The notes under the pieces were generated by a model. That model was not told the origin of the DNA. It saw nothing but the letters and a program-made list of their open reading frames with translations, and made no database searches. DNA of 64,000 nucleotides from an uncultured Anaerolineaceae bacterium. Lineage in GTDB: Bacteria > Chloroflexota > Anaerolineae > Anaerolineales > E44-bin32. Below, piece after piece: positions 44,389-51,782 of the stretch. Position 1 is the first letter of the stretch. Each line of letters starts with the position of its first letter. The stretch covers positions 12,035 through 76,034 of the forward strand of contig CAZGRL010000009.1 of assembly GCA_964528155.1 (NCBI GenBank). The letters run 5' to 3'. Position numbers and translations under genes: made by a program.

Positions 44389-45165
44389 TCAAACCGGGCG
44401 GTGATTCTTCCGAGCGACGAAGCGAGCGGAGGCCTCGAGGTGGGCAGGTGCGGCCCACAAATCGGGGAACTCGGCGCGTTCCGCCGCGGCCGCCTGCCCC
44501 GGCGGCATCTCAACCCCGGCGCGAACCAGGCGCTTGATCGCGCGGACAGCCTGTGGGTCCTGTCGCGCGAAGGCTGCGGCCAGTGTAACGGCCGCGTCCA
44601 TGGCAGCGCCCTCAGGAGCGAGTTGATTGGCCAACCCGTACGCCATGGCCTCACTGGCGGTGAAGACCCGCCCCGCGGCCGTCCATTCCAGGGCGCGGCT
44701 ATAGCCGACGAGACGCAGCAGGCGCTGGCCGCCGCCCCAGGCCGGGCAGATCCCCAGCCGAACGTGCATCATGCCGATGGTGGCGCCCTCGGCCATCACC
44801 CGAATGTCGCATGCCAGGGCGACTTCGGCGCCGCCGCCGAGCGCCGGCCCTTCCATCGCAGCCAGCGTGGGGATCGGAAGCGCCTCCAGGTGTGTCAGGG
44901 CTTCGCCCATGATGGCCGCCAATCTTGCCCCGTCGAGCCGAGTCGGGTATCCATCCAGTTCAAACAGGTCACCGCCGGCGCAGAAGGCGCCTTCAGCGCC
45001 GGTGACAACCAAAGCGCGCAAGTCCCGCTCACATGCATGTGCGTTGTCGACGGCCTTCGAGAACGCTTCCATAGCCTCCCAGGTGAGCGCATTGCGTGCT
45101 TCGGGCCTATTCATGGTGATCACACCAATGCCGTCGTCCAACACCTCGAACATAATTGACGCCAT
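44389..45165 (-). CDS. Enoyl-CoA hydratase/isomerase (crotonase) family protein
   Basis: VITMNRPEARNAL, the oxyanion-hole FCAGGDL, and GGGAEVALACD. The track's 5' extension to 45333 reads through the tRNA-Pro gene and is an artefact. Confidence 0.85.
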   Translation of the reverse strand: MASIMFEVLDDGIGVITMNRPEARNALTWEAMEAFSKAVDNAHACERDLRALVVTGAEGAFCAGGDLFELDGYPTRLDGARLAAIMGEALTHLEALPIPTLAAMEGPALGGGAEVALACDIRVMAEGATIGMMHVRLGICPAWGGGQRLLRLVGYSRALEWTAAGRVFTASEAMAYGLANQLAPEGAAMDAAVTLAAAFARQDPQAVRAIKRLVRAGVEMPPGQAAAAERAEFPDLWAAPAHLEASARFVARKNHRPV

Positions 45166-45179
45166 CCGGAACCATCTCC

Positions 45180-45208
45180 TTGACCGAGAGTAAGGCACCC
45201 AGTATACT
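45180..45208 (+). promoter_or_regulatory. Sigma70-like promoter for tRNA-Pro (TTGACC-17-TATACT)
   Basis: The -35 is at 45180-45185 and the -10 at 45203-45208. The tRNA starts 11 nt after the -10. Confidence 0.55.
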
Positions 45209-45218
45209 CGCTCGAGTT

Positions 45219-45291
45219 CGGGGTGTAGCGCAGTTGGAAGCGCACCGCGTTTGGGACGCGGGGGTCGGCGGTTCAAGTCCGCCCACCCCGA
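45219..45291 (+). tRNA. tRNA-Pro (anticodon TGG)
   Basis: Manual cloverleaf. Acceptor stem CGGGGTG/CACCCCG with the C1:G72 pair typical of tRNA-Pro. D stem GCGC/GCGC. Anticodon arm CCGCG-TTTGGGA-CGCGG. T arm GGCGG-TTCAAGT-CCGCC. Discriminator A. CCA is not encoded. Confidence 0.9.
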
Positions 45292-45468
45292 CCTACCCTT
45301 ATATAACCCCTCCCCGCTTGGAAGGTGCGCCAAGAAACAGGATCATTCGGCAGTCGGGTGAGAATATCGGGATGCCACCCGCGGCAGACATCATCACGCC
45401 GTTGACTGTCCGCTCGAGAGTTCCTGCCCTGGCTACTCCGTCCCGTAGCCCCCAGAACCACTTCCGGC

Positions 45469-45497
45469 TTGACCCTGAATTCGGCGAAGGTTACAAT
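45469..45497 (+). promoter_or_regulatory. Sigma70-like promoter for tRNA-Gly (TTGACC-17-TACAAT)
   Basis: The -35 is at 45469-45474 and the -10 at 45492-45497. The tRNA starts 10 nt after the -10. Confidence 0.6.
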
Positions 45498-45506
45498 GCG
45501 GCGCGC

Positions 45507-45578
45507 GCGGGCGTGGCCAAGTGGTAAGGCATCAGCCTTCCAAGCTGATATTCGCGGGTTCGAATCCCGTCGCCCGCT
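45507..45578 (+). tRNA. tRNA-Gly (anticodon TCC)
   Basis: Acceptor stem GCGGGCG/CGCCCGC. Anticodon arm TCAGC-CTTCCAA-GCTGA. T arm GCGGG-TTCGAAT-CCCGT. Discriminator T. CCA is not encoded. Confidence 0.9.
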
Positions 45579-45648
45579 CTTTGTCACCTCTTTGATTCGA
45601 CATCCTAACTCAACCAACGATCATTCAATTGAAGCCGGTCTGTTCGTC

Positions 45649-45677
45649 TTGTAAGTCGCGGAGGCCTCCGCTAAAAT
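45649..45677 (+). promoter_or_regulatory. Sigma70-like promoter for tRNA(CAT) (TTGTAA-17-TAAAAT)
   Basis: The -35 is at 45649-45654 and the -10 at 45672-45677. The tRNA starts 15 nt after the -10. Confidence 0.5.
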
Positions 45678-45691
45678 GGATTCGCGCCTTC

Positions 45692-45767
45692 GGGCCCGTA
45701 GCTCAGAGGTTAGAGCGGCCGGCTCATAACCGGTTGGCCGCAGGTTCGAATCCTGCCGGGCCCACCA
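45692..45767 (+). tRNA. tRNA with CAT anticodon: elongator Met or lysidine-modified Ile2 (not initiator)
   Basis: Acceptor stem GGGCCCG/CGGGCCC with a G1:C72 pair, so it is not an initiator. Anticodon loop CTCATAA. T arm GCAGG-TTCGAAT-CCTGC. The 3' CCA is encoded. It resembles E. coli ileX as I recall it (variable loop TGGCC versus TGGTC). Confidence 0.85.
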
Positions 45768-46057
45768 ACTTTCCAACCGCCCCAGCCCCGTTGACGCAGC
45801 ATCAAGCCCTCCTCGAATCGCTTCACCAAGACCAACCGAACGCTTGGAGGTGTCGTCCGATCCGACCGGTGCTTGCGAGAGGGAACTCATGGCTTTCGTG
45901 ATCGAAAGGATCCCACTCGCCTACCGTCCGCACGCGCGATAGAGGCCCCGGCCGCGCTCAAGTCCTCCGATTTGCGGCCTGGAAATGCGATCCGGGATGG
46001 GACAGTTGAGATGTGCGTGCTCAACAGAGGCTGCCAATCTGCTATGGCTGGTTGACG

Positions 46058-47713
46058 ATGAAGAATCTCTCCCTCAAGTGGAATGAGCCGGGTTCTATTC
46101 TGCGACTTGATGTAGCCCTGTTCGCAGTCTCCTGCGCGCTCATCCTGATGATGCTGGTCCTCATGCTGATCAACCCGTTGCGGGTGAATAGGGATGCGTC
46201 GCTTCACCTGCTGATCGGGGAACTCCTGTTGCGCGGCGCTGTCCCCTATGTGGACTACGTAGAGATCAATCCCCCTCTCATCCATTATCTCCACGTCATC
46301 CCGGTTGCACTGGCAAAGTGGATCGGTGTCAACCCCATCCCGGTTTTCTTGTTGCTCATCCTGGCGTTGTCTGTTTGGTCGATCGCCACTGCTGCGTACC
46401 TGCTCTCCAGGAACCTCGGCCTCAGGGGATCGCAGATCGGGGGCGTTGTTGCTTTCTCGTTGTCGGTGCTGGATCTGAGGCTCTTCACCACCAACGAATT
46501 CGGTCAGAGGGAACACATATTCTTCCTATTGGTGATGCCCTATGTGATCCTGCGCTGGTTGCGATGGCGCGGGCGGCTCACTCATGGAAGCAGACTGGGG
46601 ATCATCGTCGGGCTCGCGGCAGGTGTCGGCGCGTACATCAAGCCGCACTTTCTTCTCATCTTGCTTTCGCTTGAGCTGTTCTGGGCCGTTGCCGAAGGTC
46701 GCCGCATCTTTGGGAGAGGCCCCGAAGTTTATGCTGTCGTCGGATTAGGGCTTGCCTATGTCCTCTGGCTGGTGCTCATGCCGCAGGAGATGAGGGCTGG
46801 GTTGATCGCGGTCGTTCAAGGTGTGCTGTCCGGTGGCTACCGGGCCTATGGGGACAGGTCCGCGATCAACCTCATCCTCGATCAGAATGTCCTCCTGCTG
46901 TTCGGCCTGGCACCTTTCTTGTTCTTCCGGTTGACCAACAACTCGGATGAGATTGAAAGCGTTATCCAGTCCATGAGTGTGTTCACTCTAGCGTCGCTGG
47001 TGGTCTACGGCCTGCAGGGGCGTGGCTTTGCATATCATCTGATTCCGGCCATGGGCAGTGAGTACCTTGTCGTTCTCCTTGTGATCCTGGTGATTGCTCC
47101 TCGGGTCAAGCCAGTCGTCTGGAGGAGTGGGACGAAGACGGGCGGGATGAGCTGGTTGACGGAGATGGGATGGCTCCTGACTATGCTGGTTGTCTTGGTC
47201 GCCGTGGCCAAGTGGATCGGGGATCTTTCCCCAAATGCGATACGCGGCGCCGCGTTCCTGGAAGACGCAGGCGCGATCAAGGCCATCAAGGACAATTCCA
47301 CGATGGATGATAGTGTGCTCGTCGTGAGCACCATGGCCGAGCCGTTCCGGCTGGTCCTCCAGGCGGACCGTCGACTGGCGTCGAAGTACATCCCGACCAA
47401 TCCAATTTCATTCGGGATCTCCGGAATAGAAGACACCAATGAACTCTATGACCCGGATTTCACACTCCCTGGTCTGGTTCAGGGATATCTGGACGAGTTG
47501 GAAGCATCGATCTTGAGGGATCGTCCTGCCATTATCATCATCGACAACCGCACGTCCTGTGTCGGCTGCCCCCAGGGATTCCAGGTCTCGGAGTTCTTGC
47601 GCGCCAGGGGGGTATACGATCGAGTGATCACAGACAACTACACGAAGCTCGTCGATTCAGAGCGCTTTGTGATATGGAAACGTCTGGCAAGGGCACCGGC
47701 GCAAGCGGAGTGA
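46058..47713 (+). CDS. GT-C fold polytopic membrane glycosyltransferase (DUF2029/GT87-like)
   Basis: At least 10 TM helices. The first-loop motif is RDASLHLLIGELLLRGAVPYVDYVEINPPLIHYL (a D...Y...PP pattern). A soluble C-terminal domain follows. Confidence 0.6.
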   Translation: MKNLSLKWNEPGSILRLDVALFAVSCALILMMLVLMLINPLRVNRDASLHLLIGELLLRGAVPYVDYVEINPPLIHYLHVIPVALAKWIGVNPIPVFLLLILALSVWSIATAAYLLSRNLGLRGSQIGGVVAFSLSVLDLRLFTTNEFGQREHIFFLLVMPYVILRWLRWRGRLTHGSRLGIIVGLAAGVGAYIKPHFLLILLSLELFWAVAEGRRIFGRGPEVYAVVGLGLAYVLWLVLMPQEMRAGLIAVVQGVLSGGYRAYGDRSAINLILDQNVLLLFGLAPFLFFRLTNNSDEIESVIQSMSVFTLASLVVYGLQGRGFAYHLIPAMGSEYLVVLLVILVIAPRVKPVVWRSGTKTGGMSWLTEMGWLLTMLVVLVAVAKWIGDLSPNAIRGAAFLEDAGAIKAIKDNSTMDDSVLVVSTMAEPFRLVLQADRRLASKYIPTNPISFGISGIEDTNELYDPDFTLPGLVQGYLDELEASILRDRPAIIIIDNRTSCVGCPQGFQVSEFLRARGVYDRVITDNYTKLVDSERFVIWKRLARAPAQAE

Positions 47714-48214
47714 GCCCCGGAGCGTGTAAGGGACGGCTCGGCCAACTCTTGTTTTGCCCCGGATGAGCTGCTTCCCCGCCGGCGCGTTTGGGGGAAGTCC
47801 CCGGATCACTGCCCCCGTGATGTCGATTCTTCGCCTCTTCCTCCGTCATATTGATGACAATGGACAGCCGAACGGAGGAAGACATGTTCAACGACTACTC
47901 GGTGCTCAAGCTGGCAAAAGCGCGTCAGCGGGAGCTCCAGGCCTCAGAAAGGGCGCCACGAGTGGCGCCCAGCAAGCTCCGGTGTAGTTGGCGGCGGGCG
48001 ATACTGGCCGTTCTCTCATTGCTCAATCCTGCCCGGTCGGCCGGAATGCAGTCGTGGCGGCGCGAGAGTGCGCCAACTCGATCGGCGAGGCTCGAGAATG
48101 AGGCCCTCGACCCCTGGAAGGACCTGTGTCAGCTCGACCTCATCCGTCCCAATGAACCGGAGGAAGGGATTGCGTATGTGCCGAGATCGGATCAGGTGTC
48201 GGGAGGAGGTACAT

Positions 48215-48676
48215 ATGCTCTACATGATGTTGGTCTTCCAGAATGAGGCTTCGGCGAAGCTGGCCACCCAGGCGGAGCGCGATGAAGCCGAAAGGGTCTT
48301 CGAAGAATTCCACGCCAAGATGCGCGCCCGCGGGAGGATGCAGGCGGCGGTCCGGCTTCGGCACACGGATACAGCGACGATGGTGCGAGTGCGAGGCGGG
48401 AAGCTCCTGACTACGGATGGGCCTTATGCGGAGACGAAGGAACAACTCGGCGGGTTGGCCGACGTCCTGGCAGATTACATGCCTTATCACGCAGCCAGGG
48501 CGGACCTTCTGCGGAGGGTCGGCGAGGTCGAGGAAGCATGTCAAGCTTACGTCCGGGCGATTGAATATGCAGACAATATCGTCGAAAGGAGCTGCTTCGA
48601 GCGACAGCGGAATGTGCTGCAAAAGGAGACAGGATCCTTGAACCGATTGAACCAGGCCGACCTGGGCCGGGTATAG
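48215..48676 (+). CDS. Chimeric ORF: N-terminal about 80 aa of a YCII (DGPF) domain fused in frame to the C-terminal tail of a YCII-associated ECF sigma factor (probable deletion remnant)
   Basis: GGGAGGAGG lies 6 nt upstream of the ATG at 48215. Residues 1-80 (MLYMMLVFQNE...TTDGPYAETKEQLGG) stop mid-domain. Residues 81-135 (LADVLADYMPYHAARADLLRRVGEVEEACQAYVRAIEYADNIVERSCFERQRNVL) match the characteristic ...YHLLHAARADLLRRLGR..EA..AY..AL.L..N..ER.FL.RR tail. Confidence 0.55.
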   Translation: MLYMMLVFQNEASAKLATQAERDEAERVFEEFHAKMRARGRMQAAVRLRHTDTATMVRVRGGKLLTTDGPYAETKEQLGGLADVLADYMPYHAARADLLRRVGEVEEACQAYVRAIEYADNIVERSCFERQRNVLQKETGSLNRLNQADLGRV

Positions 48677-48808
48677 ATTTACATGGTGAGCTCCGCAAGC
48701 TCGGCTCAAATAGGCGGAGCGATCGGGCACATCGGCTGAAAACAGGAACGCGCTGATCGCTCGACTGTGGGTTTTTCGGAGGTCACGACGCCGCGGAGGA
48801 GGATTGCG

Positions 48809-49183
48809 ATGGGTAGAGTAGTGCATTTCGAGATTGAGGTGGAGGATCCAGAGCGAGCTTCTCGCTTCTACCAGGCTGTCTTCGGGTGGAAGATTGAGAA
48901 GTGGGAAGGGCCGATGGAGTACTGGCTCATCACGACAGGCTCGCAGGGCGAGGAGGGGATCGACGGGGGGATGGGCCGGCGAGACGGCGATGTGTCTAGG
49001 ACGACCAACACCGTCGATGTCAAGTCGGTTGACGACACCGTCAGGCTGATTGGGGCCAATGGGGGAAAAGTCGTGAGCCCCAAGCATCCGGTCCCCGGGG
49101 TGGGGTACTTGGCGTACTGCCAGGACACCGAGGGGATCGTGTTTGGAGTAATGCAGGCCGATCCGTCGGCGACCATGGGATGA
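48809..49183 (+). CDS. VOC (glyoxalase/bleomycin-resistance) family protein
   Basis: VVHFEIEVEDPERASRFYQAVFGWKIE and a second half with GYLAYCQDTEGIVFGVMQ. Confidence 0.8.
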   Translation: MGRVVHFEIEVEDPERASRFYQAVFGWKIEKWEGPMEYWLITTGSQGEEGIDGGMGRRDGDVSRTTNTVDVKSVDDTVRLIGANGGKVVSPKHPVPGVGYLAYCQDTEGIVFGVMQADPSATMG

Positions 49184-49422
49184 CGACGGCGGTCTGAGCC
49201 TGGCGCACGATTCAGCCATGTCAAATCGCTGGCGGAGAGCGCGCAGCAGGTCCAACACGTCGGTCGATTGGGCGCGGAACATACTCGGGCAGGCCGATGA
49301 AGAAGCCACCCGCGAGGAATCGTCCTCAGGACGCAAAACCAGCGCCGTTGGTTTCAGCGGCGCTGACGGTCTTTCAAGAGCCTGGGCGGATGTCCGTCGA
49401 CGGCGTCGGCCGGGCAGGGCGT

Positions 49423-49806
49423 CTAGGTTTGCATTGACACGATTCCGAGGATATTTCCCTCGCTATCTTTGAACCAGGCCGACTTGCTGGGACCGAAGGT
49501 GGCGATGCCCCGCGCATCCGTCTTCAACTCCCCCATGTCGTACTGCTCGAAGTGAACGCCGCGCGCGGTCAGGTCGTCGACAACCTGCTCGATGTTCTCG
49601 ACGGTGAACGTCGCCGCGGTATGATCGGCTTTCGTCGGGCCACGCTGATAGAGATAGATCTGGCTTCCCTTGCCGGCCTCGAAGAGCGCCCCGTCGGGCA
49701 CAGGTATTTGAACCGGCTTCAGACCAAGAGTCTCGGTGTAGAAGCGCCTGGCCCGCGCGATGTCAACGGCCGGCATGGATGTCACGACGGGGAACGAGGC
49801 CAACAT
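49423..49806 (-). CDS. VOC (glyoxalase) family protein
   Basis: AVDIARARRFYTETLGLKPV and SAWFKDSEGNILGIV. AAGGAGGG lies 8 nt upstream of the ATG at 49806. Confidence 0.8.
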   Translation of the reverse strand: MLASFPVVTSMPAVDIARARRFYTETLGLKPVQIPVPDGALFEAGKGSQIYLYQRGPTKADHTAATFTVENIEQVVDDLTARGVHFEQYDMGELKTDARGIATFGPSKSAWFKDSEGNILGIVSMQT

Positions 49807-50006
49807 CAGAAGCCCTCCTTCTGAAGACTGACTGGGGCGGGGCGGACAGAATAATGTTACCATCCCTCTCCGAATTGCAGGAAAAGATCTTCGCGCCCGT
49901 GCCCGCCAGAGACACGATGCCGGGCCGGACGGGAAGTTGGGTGCATCATCGGCCATGGCCGGGGAGGGGCGTTTCCTCCTGACCGTGCTCTTGGAGAAAC
50001 GAGATC

Positions 50007-50915
50007 ATGTTTGCTTATCTGGGTGAGCTTGCCGCCCTGAGTACCTCCGTTTGCTGGTCGGCCACGGCGAGTTTCTTCACTGTCGCCTCCAGGCGGGTCG
50101 GCTCGGTCACGGTCAATCGGACCCGGCTGGCGTTGGCTTTGGGCTTTCTGGCCCTGACCCATTGGGCTGTGCGCGGCAGCCTGGTCCCCTTGACCGCGGA
50201 GCCGGCGCGTTGGTTCTGGCTCGGATCCTCAGGGGTGGTGGGGCTCGTCATGGGTGATGCGTTTCTTTTTCAAGCGTTTGTGTGGGTCGGCCCGCGGATC
50301 GGCATGCTGATGATGAGTCTGGCGCCGATCATCGCCGCGTTATTGGCACTGTTCTTCCTGGGGGAGAACCTGGCCCCGCTACAATGGCTTGCGATCGTGG
50401 TCACGCTCGCCGGCGTGGGGATGGTTATCCTCGACCGCCGTCGGCCAGTGCCGGCCGACGGCGAGAAGCCCGATTTCGCCCGGGGCATCCTCTTTGGATT
50501 GGGGGCGGCAGCCGGGCAGGCGATCGGGCTTGTTCTGGCCAAGCGAGGTCTGGAAGGGGACTTCGACGCGCTCTCGGGGAATCTGATCCGCATGCTCGCC
50601 GCCGCTGGCGTGATCTGGGTCGTGGCCTTGTTGCTGAAACAGGCGGGGGAAACACTGCGTCGCGTCCGCGCCGAACGCAGGGTGATCCTGCCGCTTGTCG
50701 GCGGAGCGCTGACCGGGCCCTACATTGGCGTGTGGTTGTCTTTGATCGCCGTGCAGCGGACGGAAGTAGGGATTGCCAGCACGCTCATGGCACTCCCTCC
50801 GGTGTTCCTCCTACCTATTGGACGGTTGGTGTTTAAAGAGTCGATCGGCTTCCAGGCGATTATCGGGACTCTCGTGGCGGTGGCCGGTGTGGCGATCCTC
50901 TTCCTGATCGGTTGA
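50007..50915 (+). CDS. EamA/DMT family transporter
   Basis: 10 TM helices in two EamA repeats. Confidence 0.8.
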   Translation: MFAYLGELAALSTSVCWSATASFFTVASRRVGSVTVNRTRLALALGFLALTHWAVRGSLVPLTAEPARWFWLGSSGVVGLVMGDAFLFQAFVWVGPRIGMLMMSLAPIIAALLALFFLGENLAPLQWLAIVVTLAGVGMVILDRRRPVPADGEKPDFARGILFGLGAAAGQAIGLVLAKRGLEGDFDALSGNLIRMLAAAGVIWVVALLLKQAGETLRRVRAERRVILPLVGGALTGPYIGVWLSLIAVQRTEVGIASTLMALPPVFLLPIGRLVFKESIGFQAIIGTLVAVAGVAILFLIG

Positions 50916-50980
50916 TTGCCTTCGGCCTGCGACGAATCTGAGGCTGCCGGCGAGGCACTGATCTCGTCCGGGTCCACGCC

Positions 50981-51763
50981 CTAAGCAGACAGCTTCGGAA
51001 GAGGGCTGTCCGGGGGTATCACTCGCAGGATCTCGCCTCCGGCAAACCGTCTTCCCCATCTTTCATCCATCTTCATCGCAGCACAGACCTCAGCCGGGAC
51101 GCCGATGTCGGCAAGGTAAAGCTCGCCGACATGGCTCGATGCCCCCTCGACGAGCAAGCCTCGCTTTGGGGCGGCCAGCGTGAGTGTGGCTTCGGCTCGA
51201 ATACATTGCTGATGAACCTTGCCCAGAGTGGCATCGAGCCCGGACGGGAGATCGAGGGCCAGGATCGGCGCCGCCTCAGTGTTGGCCCACTGGATCAGTC
51301 TGGCGACAGAGTCGCGGGGCTCGCCCGATATGCCGTACCCAATCAGGCCGTCGATGATCAGGTCGACCGGCCGGATTGACCTGACCTCATTGGCCTGCAG
51401 AGTTGGCACACCGATCTGCGCGAGAGATGCGAGCTGGTGAGCCGTCGCGGCCGAGTGATCAGCTGCGGATCTCGCGAGAATGACATGCAACTCGACACCC
51501 CAACCGTGCATCCGCCGCGCACAGGCCATGGCACCGCCTCCGTTCCCACCTGGACCGGCCAACACGACAACGTGGGGTTGACCAAGTCGGGGGCGGATGA
51601 ACCGTTCGACGGCCAGGCGGGCAAGATTGCGCCCCGCGTTTTCCATCATCTGCAATAGCTCAACACGGAACACATCGATCGTCATCCGGTCGACCTGCGC
51701 CATCTGCGCGAGGGTGAGGAGTGGAAGGTCTTGAGATTGGATCGATGGGAAGTCGATCGTCAC
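50981..51763 (-). CDS. NAD(P)H-hydrate epimerase (YjeF N-terminal domain only)
   Basis: LTLAQMAQVDR, LMENAGRNLA, VLAGPGGNGGGAMACARRM, and IIDGLIGYGISG. I chose the GTG at 51763 because it clears the upstream ClC stop at 51783. The start is uncertain. Confidence 0.7.
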   Translation of the reverse strand: MTIDFPSIQSQDLPLLTLAQMAQVDRMTIDVFRVELLQMMENAGRNLARLAVERFIRPRLGQPHVVVLAGPGGNGGGAMACARRMHGWGVELHVILARSAADHSAATAHQLASLAQIGVPTLQANEVRSIRPVDLIIDGLIGYGISGEPRDSVARLIQWANTEAAPILALDLPSGLDATLGKVHQQCIRAEATLTLAAPKRGLLVEGASSHVGELYLADIGVPAEVCAAMKMDERWGRRFAGGEILRVIPPDSPLPKLSA

Positions 51764-51782
51764 GATGGCAAGCGGCCGAAGC

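Noticed and set aside
44389-45333. The 5' extension of the enoyl-CoA hydratase ORF to 45333, and similar over-long starts for uvrC (7359), slyD (25100), maf (25725), PBP2 (26297), ctaA (61568) and others.
   Set aside because: The extension reads through the tRNA-Pro gene. In the other cases, conserved N-termini, RBSs or promoters support the internal starts.
47851-48246. A 131-aa plus-strand ORF (MMTMDSRTEEDMFNDYSVLKLAKARQRELQ...) upstream of the YCII chimera.
   Set aside because: Only the first about 35 aa look protein-like. The rest is Arg/Ser/Pro-rich, it overlaps the next gene's RBS, and it has no RBS or promoter of its own. It may be a remnant, but the evidence is too weak to call a gene.
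48140-49336. A 398-aa minus-strand ORF covering the YCII chimera and a VOC gene.
   Set aside because: It is antisense to two plus-strand genes that have strong RBSs and recognisable domains. Its own sequence is Pro/Arg/His-rich junk.
45768-51000. A genomic island integrated at the tRNA(CAT) 3' end.
   Set aside because: No integrase, transposase or phage genes are present, and I could find no direct repeat of the tRNA 3' end downstream. The accessory flavour of the genes alone is insufficient.
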